A stretch of 64,000 nucleotides of DNA from Thermodesulfobacteriota bacterium (GCA_963675595.2 CAXXLZ010000001.1:1-64000); one strand, 5' to 3'; positions 1-11,981 are shown, counted from the stretch's first letter. Notes: generated by a model from the letters alone, not told the origin. Numbers and translations are program-made.

Positions 1-75
1 AACATCCGCCGCTCCATCCTTCTCGATCGATCCGTCGCAACTTCCCGTTATCAGTGGCCTCGGAGGGGTTTCCCG

Positions 76-1857
76 TCAAGGGGGACTGCTTCTTTCGTGA
101 AGTCTCGATTCTGAGACCCAGCTCGGCCAATTGCATGGCTTCCACTTCAGCGGGTGCGTCGGTAACCGGGCAGGCGCCTTTCTGAGTCTTGGGGAAGGCG
201 ATGACGTCGCGGATGGTCTTGCCTCCGAGCATGAGCGTGATCAGGCGATCCAGGCCCAAAGCGATGCCGCCGTGAGGAGGGGCTCCGTATTGGAAGGCCT
301 CGAGAAGAAACCCGAACTTCTTCCGGGCCTCTTTCTTGGATATGGACAGAGCCTCAAAAACCCGCTCCTGCATTTCCGAATCGTGAATTCGAATGCTTCC
401 TCCTCCCACTTCCACTCCGTTCAGCACCAGATCGTAAGCGCGTGATCGCACTTTTTCCGGACTGTCGGACAGGAGTTCCACATCCGCTTCCACGGGGGCG
501 GTGAAGGGATGGTGCACGGAAACGTACCTTTTTTCCGTCGGATCGTACTTGAGCAGGGGGAATTCGGTCACCCACATGAACTGGAAGCGACGATGGTCCA
601 CCAGCTCCATGCGACGGCCCAGGGCCAACCGCACTTGTGCTATAGAGTCGTTCACGATCTTGGGCTGATCCGCTCCGAAAAGCACCAAGTCTCCGTTTTC
701 CATGCCCAAGGCTTCCGCGAGACCCGTTTTTTCCGAATCGCTCAGGAACTTGGTGATGGGCGACATCCATTCGTTCCCTTCCACCTTGATCCAGGCCATG
801 CCTTTGGCCCCAAAGCGTCCGGCGAGGTCGGTGAGCTCATCCAACTCCTTGCGTGAGACCACGTGTCCGCCTTTTACGTTCATGGCCTTGACCACCGCCC
901 CCTCCGGTCGCCGCCTTTTGAAAGACTTTCAGGCTGGTTTGGTGGAAGAGGTGGGTTACGTCCACCATTTCGAATCCGAAGCGGGTGTCCGGGCAGTCGG
1001 TACCGTAACAAAGCATGGCTTCGTGGTAGGACATGCGCGGGAACGGGGTTGTGAGCGGATAGTCCAGGAGTTCCCGAAACAAGCGGGTGATGAGCCGTTC
1101 GATGATGTCAATGACGTCCGACTCATCGACGAAGGACAGTTCCATGTCCAGTTGGGTGAATTCCGGTTGCCGATCCGCACGGAGGTCTTCATCGCGGAAA
1201 CACCGAACGACTTGGTAGTACCGATCGAGACCGGACACCATGAGTAGTTGCTTGAACAACTGAGGAGACTGGGGGAGCGCATAGAACTGTCCGATGTTCA
1301 GACGGCTCGGCACCAGAAAATCTCTAGCCCCCTCAGGCGTGCTCCGTGTCAGCACCGGGGTTTCCACCTCGATAAAGTTTTCATTTCCAAGGAAGTTTCG
1401 AATGGTGTCGTTCACATCGGTGCCGGAACATCAGATTTCGGGTCATGAAGGGGCGACGGATGTCCAAATACCGGTATTTGAGACGTATGGAGTCCCCCAA
1501 ATCTTCTTCATCAAGGTCGAAAGGGGGGGTCTTGGACTTGTTCAGGATTTCCAGCTCAACGGCCGGCACTTCAACGGTGCCGGTGGGCAGAGAGGGATTG
1601 ACGGTTTCTTCGTCTCTCAGACGCACGACGCCTCGAACCGCGACCACGAATTCGGTTCGCAGGTCGTTGGCGAGGGAGTGTGCTTCGCGGGATTGCTCAG
1701 GGTTGAAGACCACTTGCACCACACCGCTGCGGTCTCTCACATCCACAAAGACCACGCCGCCATGGTCTCTAATGGTGTGAACCCAACCGTTGAGACAGAC
1801 CTCGCGATCCAGCATCGATTCCTGGATCTGTCCGCAATAATGCGTCCGTTTAAGCAT
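76..1857 (-). CDS. aspS: Aspartyl-tRNA synthetase, split by several frameshifts (probably sequencing indels); 3' end approximate
   Basis: Fragments [71 protein letters not shown] and [24 protein letters not shown] lie in successive frames. Confidence 0.95.
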
Positions 1858-2038
1858 GCCCGATTTCCATTGATACCACGAGGTTGATCGATATTCGTCC
1901 AAGCTTTGGAAAAGGGTTACTATAGGAGCGAGTCCCGGATTTGTAAAGCAAAACTTCCGGAAGGATATCCGGTGAGCGCGGGTGGACGGACCTGGGAAGA
2001 ACGTCCCCGCACCTGTTTTCATTAGTCTGTGCTTCCCC

Positions 2039-2063
2039 CGTTCCCAAGTTGAACTTGGGAACG
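2039..2063. repeat. REP-like perfect hairpin CGTTCCCAAGTT-G-AACTTGGGAACG
   Basis: 12-bp inverted repeat in the divergent intergenic region between aspS and the Mo-enzyme operon. Confidence 0.5.
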
Positions 2064-2260
2064 AGACCTCTAGGTAATCTTCATCCGCGCAACGCACCAC
2101 ATCCGGGGAATTCGGTGACGCCGGGCATACCGGGTGAACTCTCCCGACGCGTGTCCAAAGTCTCAACGGGTCCTGAGAACCCCCCGACCTCGTTATGGAA
2201 AACGTATGAGGTCGGTCACTCGGGTCGAGCGCGTGAAAACGCGCCTGTGTGAGGTTGTGC

Positions 2261-2288
2261 TTGACGGAATAGCTACATATTAGCTACA
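2261..2288 (+). promoter_or_regulatory. Putative promoter region with tandem TAGCTACA repeats (11-bp period)
   Basis: TTGACG at 2261, then TAGCTACA at 2270-2277 and 2281-2288, about 55 bp upstream of the operon start. Confidence 0.35.
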
Positions 2289-2344
2289 AAGAAGGTATTG
2301 GCCTCTCTCCACGCCCCGACCTTAAGTTTAAGGACAGCAAGCCC

Positions 2345-2827
2345 ATGAAACACATTGTCCGCATCAACGTCAACGGCGACCCCTATGAGTTGGCCGTGGA
2401 TTCCCGGAGCACCTTGCTGGATGTTCTCCGAGAAGACCTTCGCCTCACCGGAACCAAAAGGGGATGTGGCGATGGGGACTGCGGAGCCTGCACTGTGCTC
2501 TTGGATGGTCGGCCGGTGAACTCCTGCCTTACCCTGGCCGTGGAGGCCGATGGAAGAGAGGTGACGACCATCGAAGGGTTGGCTCCCTCGGGGTCCGGGC
2601 TCCATCCGCTTCAAGAGGCCTTCATCGAGAAAGGCGCGGTGCAGTGCGGCTACTGTACTCCCGGAATGATCCTTTCCGCCCTGGCTCTATTGCGCAGGAA
2701 TCCGAACCCTACCGAGGAGCAGGTACGGGAAGGTCTGAGCGGAAATCTATGCCGTTGCACGGGCTATAACAAGATTGTCGAAGCCGTCATGGCTGCGGCC
2801 GCATCCCGAAAGGAGGAGTCGTCATGA
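2345..2827 (+). CDS. Xanthine dehydrogenase/CoxS-family 2x[2Fe-2S] subunit
   Basis: GTKRGCGDGDCGACTV, QCGYCTPG and GNLCRCTGY motifs. Confidence 0.95.
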   Translation: MKHIVRINVNGDPYELAVDSRSTLLDVLREDLRLTGTKRGCGDGDCGACTVLLDGRPVNSCLTLAVEADGREVTTIEGLAPSGSGLHPLQEAFIEKGAVQCGYCTPGMILSALALLRRNPNPTEEQVREGLSGNLCRCTGYNKIVEAVMAAAASRKEESS

Positions 2828-3717
2828 TACCCAGAATGACCCTCCCTCGATTCGAGTTCTTTGCGCCGGAAAGCCTGGACGAGGCATTGGAGCTGCTTTC
2901 GGAGTATGGAGACCGGGCTCGAGTGAAAGCCGGCGGCACGGACCTGCTCATCAGAATGCGCAAGCGCTTGGTTACTCCTGATGTACTTATCGGACTGTCC
3001 CGACTAAAGAACCTCGAGGCCATCGTATTCGACGAAGAAAAAGGACTGAGTATCGGGGCCATGGCCAGGCTGGCCCAAGTGGCCGACAACGAGCATATAC
3101 GGAATCGGTACCCCGCCGTGGCGTACGCGGCGTCCATCACGGCCACCAATCAGATTCGCAATCTCGGAACCGTGGTGGGGAACCTCTGCAACGCATCTCC
3201 CTCGGCGGACAACGCCCCGTCCCTCATCGCCATGAAAGGCGAGGCGGTGCTGGCCTCCGTGAGGGGCAAGCGAATCGTACCATTGGATGCTTTCTTTCTG
3301 GGACCGGGAGTCACGGTTCGCGAACACGACGAACTGGTAACGGAAGTGCGCGTGCTCAGACCAGGGGTCGGAACGGGGTGTGCCTATCAATTCATTTCCA
3401 TGCGCTCCAAAGTCGATATCGCCGCCGTCAGTGTGGGCGTTATGGTTGTCATGGATGGAGAGACGATTCGGGAAGCCCGAGTGGTGCTCGGTGCGGTGGC
3501 CTCGACTCCTCTTCGCTCTTTGAAGGCGTCCGAAGTGCTGACCGGGGCCAAGGTCAACGATGCCCTCCTGCAGGAAGCCTCCCGCGCAGCCATGGAGGAA
3601 GCCTGTCCTATTTCGGACTGCCGGGCCTGCGACGAATACCGGAAACGCATGGTGGGTGTGCTGACTCGAAGGGCCTTGCACCAAGCCATATCGGACGTTC
3701 GGAACGACCCGAGATAG
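2824..3717 (+). CDS. Xanthine dehydrogenase/CoxM-family FAD subunit
   Basis: AGGTDL and QIRNLGTVVGNLCNASPSAD motifs; ATGA overlap with the upstream gene. Confidence 0.95.
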   Translation: MIPRMTLPRFEFFAPESLDEALELLSEYGDRARVKAGGTDLLIRMRKRLVTPDVLIGLSRLKNLEAIVFDEEKGLSIGAMARLAQVADNEHIRNRYPAVAYAASITATNQIRNLGTVVGNLCNASPSADNAPSLIAMKGEAVLASVRGKRIVPLDAFFLGPGVTVREHDELVTEVRVLRPGVGTGCAYQFISMRSKVDIAAVSVGVMVVMDGETIREARVVLGAVASTPLRSLKASEVLTGAKVNDALLQEASRAAMEEACPISDCRACDEYRKRMVGVLTRRALHQAISDVRNDPR

Positions 3718-3765
3718 ACCGGAGTTCCGCCGAGTTGCAAACTACTTACGTCAGGTGGGTGAAGC

Positions 3766-6048
3766 ATGATCGAACGTTCAGTTGTCGGAAAGGATACACC
3801 CAGGATCGACGCGCGTCTAAAGGTGACCGGCGCGGCAATCTATACCGACGACATGTCTCTGCCCGGCATGCTGCATGGTGCGATTCTTCGTTCTCCTCTG
3901 CCGCACGCGCTGATTCGCAACATCGACGTATCGGCGGCGGAGCGGATTCCGGGCGTCAAAGCCGTGATCACGGGAAAGGACGTTCCATCAATTCGTTACG
4001 GCAATTGGAGACTGGTTCCCGAGAGCCAGGATGAGACTCCTTTGGCTCATGAGAAGGTCCGATTCATCGGGGATGAAGTGGCCGCCGTGGCCGCTGTGGA
4101 CCGGGAAACCGCCGAAGAGGCGCTGGAACGGATTCGGGTCGAATACGAAGAACTTCCCGGATTGTTCGGCGTGGAAGATGCCGTCCGCGAGGGAGCGCCC
4201 ACAATCCACGAGGCTTCACCCGGCAACATCAGTCTCGACCGGAAGATCGGTTACGGCGATTTGGAAAGCGGATTCGCGCAAGCCGACCTGATCCTGGAAG
4301 ACACCTTCCGCGTGCATCCGGTGAGTCATGCATACATGGAGCCTTGTTCGAGCCTGGCCGTGGCCGATGGACAGGGCAGAATCACCTTATGGAGCTCAAC
4401 ACAGACTCCTTACATCGTCCAATGCTTGTTGGCGTCCACCCTGGGCTTGCGGGAGAACGAGGTTCAGGTGATCAAGCCCTACGTGGGCGGCGGCTTTGGG
4501 GGCAAAATGGAAATGCGGGTCTGGGAGTTCTGTGCTGCGTACCTGGCTCGCACGACCGGTCGCCCGGTGAAGTTCACGCTGACTCGTGAGGAGGAGATTC
4601 GTACCGGAAGGCGTCGGCATCCTATGGTGATCCGTTCCAAAGTCGGCTTCAAGAAAGACGGAAGTCTGACGGCCAAGCATTTCCACGTGTTATTGGAGGG
4701 CGGCGCCTATAACAGCATGGGGCCGACGGCCACTTTCCTGTGCGGGAATTTCGGTGCCATGCTTTATCGTTATCCCAATTATCGGTACGAAGGGTACCAC
4801 GTCTACACCAATAAACCCCCGGCTGGAGCCATGAGAGGTTTCGGCGCTCCTCAGGCCCTGTTCGCTTCCGAGACCCAGATGAATATTGCGGCGGAAAAAC
4901 TCGGGATCGATCCCATCGACATCCGCTTGAAGAACGCCATGGTGCCGGGGGACGAAATTCCGGACGTGGCCGTGATCAGTTCCTGCGGTTTCGTGGAAAG
5001 TCTCAAGGAAGTACGCAAAATGAGCGACTGGGATCGGAAACGAAAGAGGCTCGGCAAAGGTTTCGGTATCGGTATCGGGTGTTACAGCTTCATCTCCGGC
5101 GGTGTATTCAACTGGTTCAATACGCAATACCCGTTTTCTTCCGCCGAGGTTCGGGCTTACGACGATGGAACGGTCCACCTTTTTACCATGGCGTCGGATA
5201 TCGGCCAGGGGTCGGATACGGTCCTGGTTCAGATTCTTGCCGAAGAACTGGGCCTTTCCATGGACCGAGTCCGGATCACTTCGGGCGACACGGCCATGAC
5301 GCCGAAGGCGGACTTGGGCACTTGGGGCAGTCGAGTGACTCTGATGGCCGGTAACGCCGTGATCAAAGCGGCACGCCGGGTGAAGGAAGAGCTGGCCCGT
5401 GTGGTGTCGCTCAAATTTAATCTGAACGTGATCCATGAAGTGGATTTCAAAGACGGACGGGTCTTCACCAAATCTAGGCCGGATAGGGGCGTGACTTTCG
5501 GCGAAGCGGTGGCTTTGGCGATGAAGTACAACCGCGGCGAACAGGTGATCGGACGAGGCTCTTACACTCCCAGGGATAAGGGACTGGTTTCACCGGCATT
5601 CAGCTTTGGAGCCCAGGTGGCGGAAGTGAAGGTGGATGAAGAAACGGGCAAGGTCGAGGTGGAGAAGATGTACACCGCTCACGACTGCGGCACCGTGATC
5701 AATCCCATCTCCGTTGAGGGCCAACTGGAAGGCTCCATCCATATGGGGTTGGGCTACGCGCTATGTGAAGAGTTGGTCATGGAAGACGGCCGCACCCTGC
5801 CTGAAGGGTTCCTGGATTATAAACTGCCGTCCGCGGTGGACATGCCGCCGGGGGAATCCGTGTGCATTGAAACCTACGAACCCGAGGGCCCGTTAGGGGC
5901 CAAAGAAGCCGGGGAAGGACTGGTCTCCCCGACGGCTCCCGCCATTGCCGAGGCCGTGTTCCATGCCGTCGGCTACCGCTGCATGGATCTGCCCATCACA
6001 CCGGACAAAATCTTGGGAATCAGGAAAAGTACCGCGAAAGCCTGCTGA
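3766..6048 (+). CDS. Xanthine-oxidase-family molybdopterin-binding subunit (4-hydroxybenzoyl-CoA reductase alpha-like)
   Basis: YVGGGFGGK, GAMRGFGAPQ, DIGQGSDT, GTWGSR, AHDCGTVINP and GAKEAGEG motifs. Confidence 0.93.
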   Translation: MIERSVVGKDTPRIDARLKVTGAAIYTDDMSLPGMLHGAILRSPLPHALIRNIDVSAAERIPGVKAVITGKDVPSIRYGNWRLVPESQDETPLAHEKVRFIGDEVAAVAAVDRETAEEALERIRVEYEELPGLFGVEDAVREGAPTIHEASPGNISLDRKIGYGDLESGFAQADLILEDTFRVHPVSHAYMEPCSSLAVADGQGRITLWSSTQTPYIVQCLLASTLGLRENEVQVIKPYVGGGFGGKMEMRVWEFCAAYLARTTGRPVKFTLTREEEIRTGRRRHPMVIRSKVGFKKDGSLTAKHFHVLLEGGAYNSMGPTATFLCGNFGAMLYRYPNYRYEGYHVYTNKPPAGAMRGFGAPQALFASETQMNIAAEKLGIDPIDIRLKNAMVPGDEIPDVAVISSCGFVESLKEVRKMSDWDRKRKRLGKGFGIGIGCYSFISGGVFNWFNTQYPFSSAEVRAYDDGTVHLFTMASDIGQGSDTVLVQILAEELGLSMDRVRITSGDTAMTPKADLGTWGSRVTLMAGNAVIKAARRVKEELARVVSLKFNLNVIHEVDFKDGRVFTKSRPDRGVTFGEAVALAMKYNRGEQVIGRGSYTPRDKGLVSPAFSFGAQVAEVKVDEETGKVEVEKMYTAHDCGTVINPISVEGQLEGSIHMGLGYALCEELVMEDGRTLPEGFLDYKLPSAVDMPPGESVCIETYEPEGPLGAKEAGEGLVSPTAPAIAEAVFHAVGYRCMDLPITPDKILGIRKSTAKAC

Positions 6049-6067
6049 GCGGTCATTGGGTCAAATA

Positions 6068-6104
6068 AAAGGCGGGAACGCTCTTCATGAGCGTTCCCGC
6101 CTTT
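6068..6104. terminator. Probable bidirectional intrinsic terminator
   Basis: AAAGGCGGGAACGCTC-ttcat-GAGCGTTCCCGCCTTT between convergent genes. Confidence 0.85.
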
Positions 6105-6141
6105 GCTAAAGATTTAGGAGAGAGAAGAAGAGATATATATG

Positions 6142-7592
6142 TCAACCTAGTTTGACGGTGACGAAGAAAGTAGCGCCTCGTCGCCAAACCAGGAGTAGAA
6201 GCGTCTTAGCCTCATTTTTGCCTGTGGCCGCCTTGAATTCCTCCACCGAGTTGATCGGTTTGTGTTCCACTTCCAGGATGACATCTCCCCGGAGCAAGCC
6301 GCTTTCCGCAGCAGGGCTTCCCGGCTCCACCGAGGTTACGGCCACGCCTTGAGATTTTTCGAGCCCGAGACCTTTGGCCAGTTCCGGCGTAACGGTCTGG
6401 ATGGATATCCCGATACGTTTTCCTTGGGTGGTTTCGGAAGCCACGGTGAGCTCGTCTTTCAGAGTCCCCAATTCCACCTTCAAGGTCTTCTTCTTTCCGT
6501 CACGGAGAATCTGCACTTCCACCTGGGTGTCCGGGGGAACGTTGGCGACCATTTGGGGCAGTACCTGGGAGTTTTCCACGGGCTGATTATTGAAGGCGAC
6601 AATGACGTCACCCCGTTTGATGCCCGCCTTGGCCGCAGGACCGCCTTCGGTGACGTCCGCCACCAGAGCTCCGTTGCGGTCGGAAAGCTTAAACGAGTCG
6701 GCCAGCTCTTCGGTGATATTCTGGATGGTCACTCCCAGCCATCCTCTGGTGACCTTGCCTTTTTCCTTCAAATGAGTCAGCACGCTCTTCGCCATGTTGA
6801 TGGGCACGGCGAAACCGATTCCCTGCCCTGTGGCCACAATGGCGGTATTGATGCCGACGACGTCGCCGTAATAGTTGAATAGGGGGCCGCCGCTGTTGCC
6901 CGGATTGATGGAGGCGTCCGTTTGAATGAAATCATCATAGGGGCCGGCGCCGATTACTCTTCCCGTGGCGCTGATGATGCCCGTTGTCACGGTTTCCGAC
7001 AAACCGAAGGGGTTGCCGATGGCCAACACGGGTTCACCCTGGCGAAGGGTGTCGGAGTCGCCGAGGGTGACGAAACTCAGGTCCTCTTTCGGCTCGATCT
7101 TGATCAAGGCGATGTCCGTCTTGGGATCGGTACCGACGACCTTGGCCGGATACTCTGTTTTGTCATAAAGCACGATCTGAATTTCGTCGGCTTCCTGCAC
7201 GACATGGTTGTTGGTTACGATGTAGCCGTCCTTACTGACGATAAATCCGGATCCCAGTCCCCTTTTGGCGATATTCGCGGGGCATCCGATTACCGAAAAA
7301 AACGTTCCCAGAAATCCTTAAACGGATCATTTTCGCCGAAAGGCGACGTGCCGTGCCCTTGGAAAGGCATGGCGCTCATTTTTTCGACCTTGACTACGCT
7401 GATATTCACGACACAAGGCTTAAGCCGCTCCACCAAGTTGGGAACGGTCTCGTTGGTGACTTCGAATTTCCGGTGCGGAATGGACGATTCCGTCCAGAAT
7501 GGTGCGGCCGCCGCGATACCCGACAAAAAAATACTCAACACAACGACGCGTATTCCAACCGCTATCCAACTTCTGCTTCGCTTGTGGTTCAT
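6142..7592 (-). CDS. DegP/DegQ (Do-family) periplasmic serine protease with two PDZ domains, frameshifted near 7290
   Basis: Signal peptide; TNNHV, DIALIKI and QTDASINPGNSGGPL catalytic motifs; two PDZ repeats. Confidence 0.93.
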
Positions 7593-7989
7593 CTAAGATT
7601 TCCTCCTTGTGACGATTCTTTCTTGTGCCGTTGTTCGTCTTCTGCGAGACGATTTGTCAAAATAGATTGCCGCGAGCCGAATGCGTTTAATGTTTTCTCC
7701 AGACCCAATTCTACGGGTTGATGGCCGATTTGGCAACATGCTGAATTCTTTAAGGTTTTAGTTTATTTGCGAAGTCTCCCCGGCTGATCCGGCGTCCGGA
7801 GGCGCGGAATCGCCATGCCTTGCCGCGGGAACGGGTGGATCAGTGCGTTGATGTTTTCTTTCCAAAGCCCGAGATTTGCGTCATCCGGATTCTTCGGCGA
7901 GGCTTCGATGAACCTTGAGGGCGGGGTCTCGGTTCATATACTTCTTGAGGCGTTGAATTCCGGAAAGTGATGGATATGATACAATCATC

Positions 7990-9378
7990 ATGAAGAAGCC
8001 GAAACGTTTGACCCCGGACGAGGCGGAGACCATTTTGGATTCCGTGGCGGACGGGGTTTTCACCGTAGACAAGGACTACCGGGTTACTTGGTTCAACCGG
8101 GCGGCCACTCGGATTACAGGCGTTCCGAGGGAGGAGGCCGTGGGTCGGCACTGCTGCGAGGTGTTCCGGGCGGAGATCTGTGAGGCCGACTGCGCGCTGA
8201 AACAAACCGTGCGAACCGGCAAGCCCCTGGTGAATCGAGCGGTCTATATTGTGAGACCCGACGGGCGGCGGGTGCCCATCAGCGTGAGCACCGCTCTTCT
8301 GTTGGACCGGAAGGGGGAGGTCATCGGGGGCGTGGAAACCTTCCGGGACCTCAGCTTAGTGGAAGAACTTCGCAAAGAGGTGGAGCGTCGCTACACCTTC
8401 GAAGACATCATATCCCGCAATCACGCCATGCGGGACATTTTTTCCATTTTGCCCGAGGTGGCCCGGAGCGACGCCACGGTGCTGATCGAAGGAGAAAGCG
8501 GAACCGGCAAGGAATTACTGGCGCGCGCCATTCACAATCTTTCGTCCAGGAATGACAAAGCCGCGGTGACGGTGAACTGCGGCGCCCTTCCGGACACGCT
8601 TCTCGAATCCGAGTTGTTCGGCTACAAAGCCGGAGCCTTTACCGACGCCAAAAAGGACAAGCCGGGACGGTTCGCCCAGGCCGAAGGAGGTACCCTGTTT
8701 CTGGACGAAATCGGGGACCTGTCTCCCGCTTTGCAGGTGAGGCTGCTCAGGTTCCTTCAAGAAAGAACCTACGAGCCTTTGGGATCGAACCACACGTTGC
8801 ATGCCGACGTCAGGATTTTGGCCGCGACCAACCGTGAGCTCCAGGGTGAAATGCAGAACGGGCGTTTCCGCCAGGATCTTTATTACCGAATCAACGTCAT
8901 GCGGCTTCGGCTACCGCCTTTGAGGGAAAGGAAAGAAGATATTCCACTGCTTGTGGAGCACTTTGTCTCCCATATGAACCGCGTGAAGGGAAAGAATATC
9001 GAAGGTCTTTCCAACGACGCCCTGTCCGCCTTTATGGAGCATGATTGGCCGGGCAACATACGGGAGTTGGAAAACGCCATCGAGCACGCCTTCATTCTTT
9101 GCCCGGGCGGACTCATCGAACGCCGACATCTCCCGGAACAGTTTCGTTCGTCGTTTTCGGTTCCCGACGGCATGGTGGGGAGCGGAACCACTTTGGCGGA
9201 AGTCGAAGCGAGAATCATCTATGAGACGCTGATCCGGCATCAAGGGAACCGCCAAGCCACGGCCAACGAACTGGGCATCGACAAGACCACCCTGTGGCGG
9301 AAGATCAAGAAGCTCGGACTCGACGTCCCGCGAGGCGGAAACCGCTCGGAGTCCCCCGAAAACGAAGAAACTCAATGA
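7990..9378 (+). CDS. PAS-domain sigma-54-dependent transcriptional activator
   Basis: N-terminal [34 protein letters not shown] and a Fis-type HTH. Confidence 0.95.
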   Translation: MKKPKRLTPDEAETILDSVADGVFTVDKDYRVTWFNRAATRITGVPREEAVGRHCCEVFRAEICEADCALKQTVRTGKPLVNRAVYIVRPDGRRVPISVSTALLLDRKGEVIGGVETFRDLSLVEELRKEVERRYTFEDIISRNHAMRDIFSILPEVARSDATVLIEGESGTGKELLARAIHNLSSRNDKAAVTVNCGALPDTLLESELFGYKAGAFTDAKKDKPGRFAQAEGGTLFLDEIGDLSPALQVRLLRFLQERTYEPLGSNHTLHADVRILAATNRELQGEMQNGRFRQDLYYRINVMRLRLPPLRERKEDIPLLVEHFVSHMNRVKGKNIEGLSNDALSAFMEHDWPGNIRELENAIEHAFILCPGGLIERRHLPEQFRSSFSVPDGMVGSGTTLAEVEARIIYETLIRHQGNRQATANELGIDKTTLWRKIKKLGLDVPRGGNRSESPENEETQ

Positions 9379-9555
9379 CGCCGCCGTCGGCACCCTGATC
9401 CCCCCAACGGTTGCCCGGGCATTCCAAAAATCGTCGCGGTCCCACCGGTGATGATCCGCCTTGTATGAGCGCCGCCCGCATTTTCGCCGCTTTGAAGCGG
9501 CCGGCTGATTTGTAGGGCCGGCCTCGGAAGTCCCGATGGCCGGCGCTGATCGGCG

Positions 9556-10059
9556 CTATCCGATGAGCACCATGCTGTACCAGGCCGGCATCATCTTTCC
9601 GTCTTTGTCAAATTCCACTTTGAATCCCAACGGGGTCAGCGTCTTGCCGAAGTCGACTCCGTAAGCGTCCATGGAAGGGCGCGCGAGATGGGGAAAGCGG
9701 CAGGGTTCGGGAAAGGCGCATTCCTCGCACTGGACACAGAGCGCAAGCGCCATGGAATACCCGAAGCCGAGCATCATGGATTCCTTCTCCACCCCGAGGG
9801 CGACGTCCTGGCCGAGCTTGGCGTCCGTGGTCTTGATGACGACGGCCTTATCGTATTCTTTGAAAGCCTCGTCGAACTGCTCTTGGGAGAAATGGAGATT
9901 GGGAGGACACGTCCAGTACTTGCCCCATCGTTTGCACCCGAACCGGCATTTCAAATGCGACCTCGGGTCGAACGCCACCTGCGAGGTGTCGATCAGTTTG
10001 GCTTCGACGGCACCCAATTCCAGCGCCTTTTCCACCAGGACTTCAGGGTTCGCTTCCAT
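9556..10059 (-). CDS. DUF2284-family Cys-rich predicted metal-binding protein
   Basis: KCRFGC..WTCPP and CVQCEEC..CRFPHLARPSMDAYGVD motifs. Confidence 0.8.
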   Translation of the reverse strand: MEANPEVLVEKALELGAVEAKLIDTSQVAFDPRSHLKCRFGCKRWGKYWTCPPNLHFSQEQFDEAFKEYDKAVVIKTTDAKLGQDVALGVEKESMMLGFGYSMALALCVQCEECAFPEPCRFPHLARPSMDAYGVDFGKTLTPLGFKVEFDKDGKMMPAWYSMVLIG

Positions 10060-10095
10060 TCCTTCTCCTCTTAATCGGGCCGTTATAAAAGGCCG

Positions 10096-11981
10096 CCGAA
10101 GCTTGACACTCTGTGCGATAGCGCCATAATGATATCAAGTAGTTACATATTTTGATTGGACGGTTTTTACACTACAAGCCTCGTTTCATGGCAGGGACGA
10201 TGGAATGGGTGGCGCTCCGATCAAAGTCAGCCAGTGCTTTTGTTCGTCCGTGGGACGGGCCACGACACGGGTTTTTGAGGCGCCGATTTCCAGTTCCCCC
10301 ACCTTGATTCTTTGGAGTTGGTAAAGGAGTTTGGGTACGGAGACCGTCTTCAGTTTCGAGCGCATCCATCGCTCGACTTGAAGGGCGAGGACACAGACAA
10401 AAATATGAGCGCGTATGCGGCGTTCCGTCCAGTGGTAGACCGGACGGATCAGGAGCGTGCTTTTCAGCGACCGCCACCCGCGCTCGATTTCCGCCAGGTC
10501 CTTATAGCGTCGAACCACTTCTTCCGGAGAGAGCGCAAAGTCGGTGGTCTCCAGCATCAGCATACCGTCGATTTTCTGTTCCCATTCCAGTGCCTTTCCG
10601 TTCTTCACCACCGTGACTTTGTCCCCCACCCGGGTTAATCGGTAGAAGCGAAGCAGGTTGCGGTCACGAAGGTGATCACGGATTCGATCATAGGTTCCTT
10701 CCGGCGTGGGTCTTCGCCCTCTTCCCTCGGGCCGGGTCAAGTGGTGGAGCTTCTTCTTGACCCAATCATCCGAAGCCGCCAAACGACGTTCCCGATTCTT
10801 CTTCGCCTCCAGAGCAATGGCGGGGGAGTAGGCGACCACGAAGCGAACACCTTCCCGCTTCTCCTGAAGAAACTGCTCCTTATCGTTTTGTCTGTCGAAC
10901 CCCTGTTCGAGGGATCCGATGATTTCGTCGGCCCATTTGTTCCGACGAAGCGGGTGGGCTACGATGAAGCCCAACTCCTCATCGAGCAGTGCGTCTAGAT
11001 TGGCGTCGGAAAGCATGCCGCGGTCTCCCACGAAGACCACGCGCCTCAAAGCGAAGCGTGTCCTGAGGTCCTTCACCACGTCGGAAACGGTCGTCCTGTC
11101 GGCCGTGTTTCCGGGGAATACATGGTGACACAAAGGAATTCCTTCGCGCGTCACCACCATTCCGATCACCACTTGGCGCTTGTCGAACCGCCCGTCGCGA
11201 CTGTATCCGTATCGACGGAAATCGTCTTCCAACAGGGAACGCTCGCCTTCAAAATAGGTGGAGGTGATGTCGTAAAATACCAAATCCAGAGGCTCGGAGG
11301 GATCGAGAACACGCCGGGCGACCAACGGTTCGGCCTTCTCCTTGACGTGAAGCAGGCGATCCATGGCCCGGAGAAGATGGTGATAGGGGGGCTTGTCCCG
11401 GTCATCGTAATGCACCGAATCCAGCCAATCCAACAGGGCCAACTTGCTGCACGGGTCGCACACACGGTTGACGACCAGCATGCGAATGAGCTCCCAAGCC
11501 GGGAAGGAGGCGGAACCGCCGATTCCCGCATCCACCAATGCTTCCGAGAAACCCAATCGATCCCATACGCTTCCCGCCGCATGCACGTGGCCATAATCGC
11601 GGGAGGAAACAAGGCGTGGCTCTTCGCCCTCGGCGGGCAGGTCGCCGGCCGCGCGTTGGAAACCTTTCGCGAGTTTGCGGAGGGTCTCAATCCCCAACTT
11701 GTCTACAGGCCCGAGGTTAACGATGACCCGATTTCTGGGAGCGCCTCCTTGTGCGGGGTGTCTGTAGCTCTCGCACAACTGGACGGAGCTGTACACCTTG
11801 CCCCGTTGTCTCTGTCGATGCACTCGAACGAACATAGGCTACAGCATACATATTTAAAACCAATATATCAAGCTATATAACCATATATTATACACTACAC
11901 ATTTACAGGCAAAACAGAACCTTTCTATCGTAATTCCAGCAAGTTACATAAAAATGGACGGGAAAAAGTGTCAAACTTCGG
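10096..11981 (-). mobile_element. IS1634-family insertion sequence, complete
   Basis: 15-bp terminal inverted repeats CCGAAG(C/T)TTGACACT at 10096-10110 and 11967-11981; 6-bp target duplication AGGCCG at 10090-10095 and 11982-11987. Confidence 0.92.
10186..11835 (-). CDS. IS1634-family DDE transposase
   Basis: VFYDITSTYFEG, GYSRDGR, FVGDRGM and IERGWRSLKS..IRPVYHW..RIRAHIFVCVLA motifs. Confidence 0.93.
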   Translation of the reverse strand: MFVRVHRQRQRGKVYSSVQLCESYRHPAQGGAPRNRVIVNLGPVDKLGIETLRKLAKGFQRAAGDLPAEGEEPRLVSSRDYGHVHAAGSVWDRLGFSEALVDAGIGGSASFPAWELIRMLVVNRVCDPCSKLALLDWLDSVHYDDRDKPPYHHLLRAMDRLLHVKEKAEPLVARRVLDPSEPLDLVFYDITSTYFEGERSLLEDDFRRYGYSRDGRFDKRQVVIGMVVTREGIPLCHHVFPGNTADRTTVSDVVKDLRTRFALRRVVFVGDRGMLSDANLDALLDEELGFIVAHPLRRNKWADEIIGSLEQGFDRQNDKEQFLQEKREGVRFVVAYSPAIALEAKKNRERRLAASDDWVKKKLHHLTRPEGRGRRPTPEGTYDRIRDHLRDRNLLRFYRLTRVGDKVTVVKNGKALEWEQKIDGMLMLETTDFALSPEEVVRRYKDLAEIERGWRSLKSTLLIRPVYHWTERRIRAHIFVCVLALQVERWMRSKLKTVSVPKLLYQLQRIKVGELEIGASKTRVVARPTDEQKHWLTLIGAPPIPSSLP

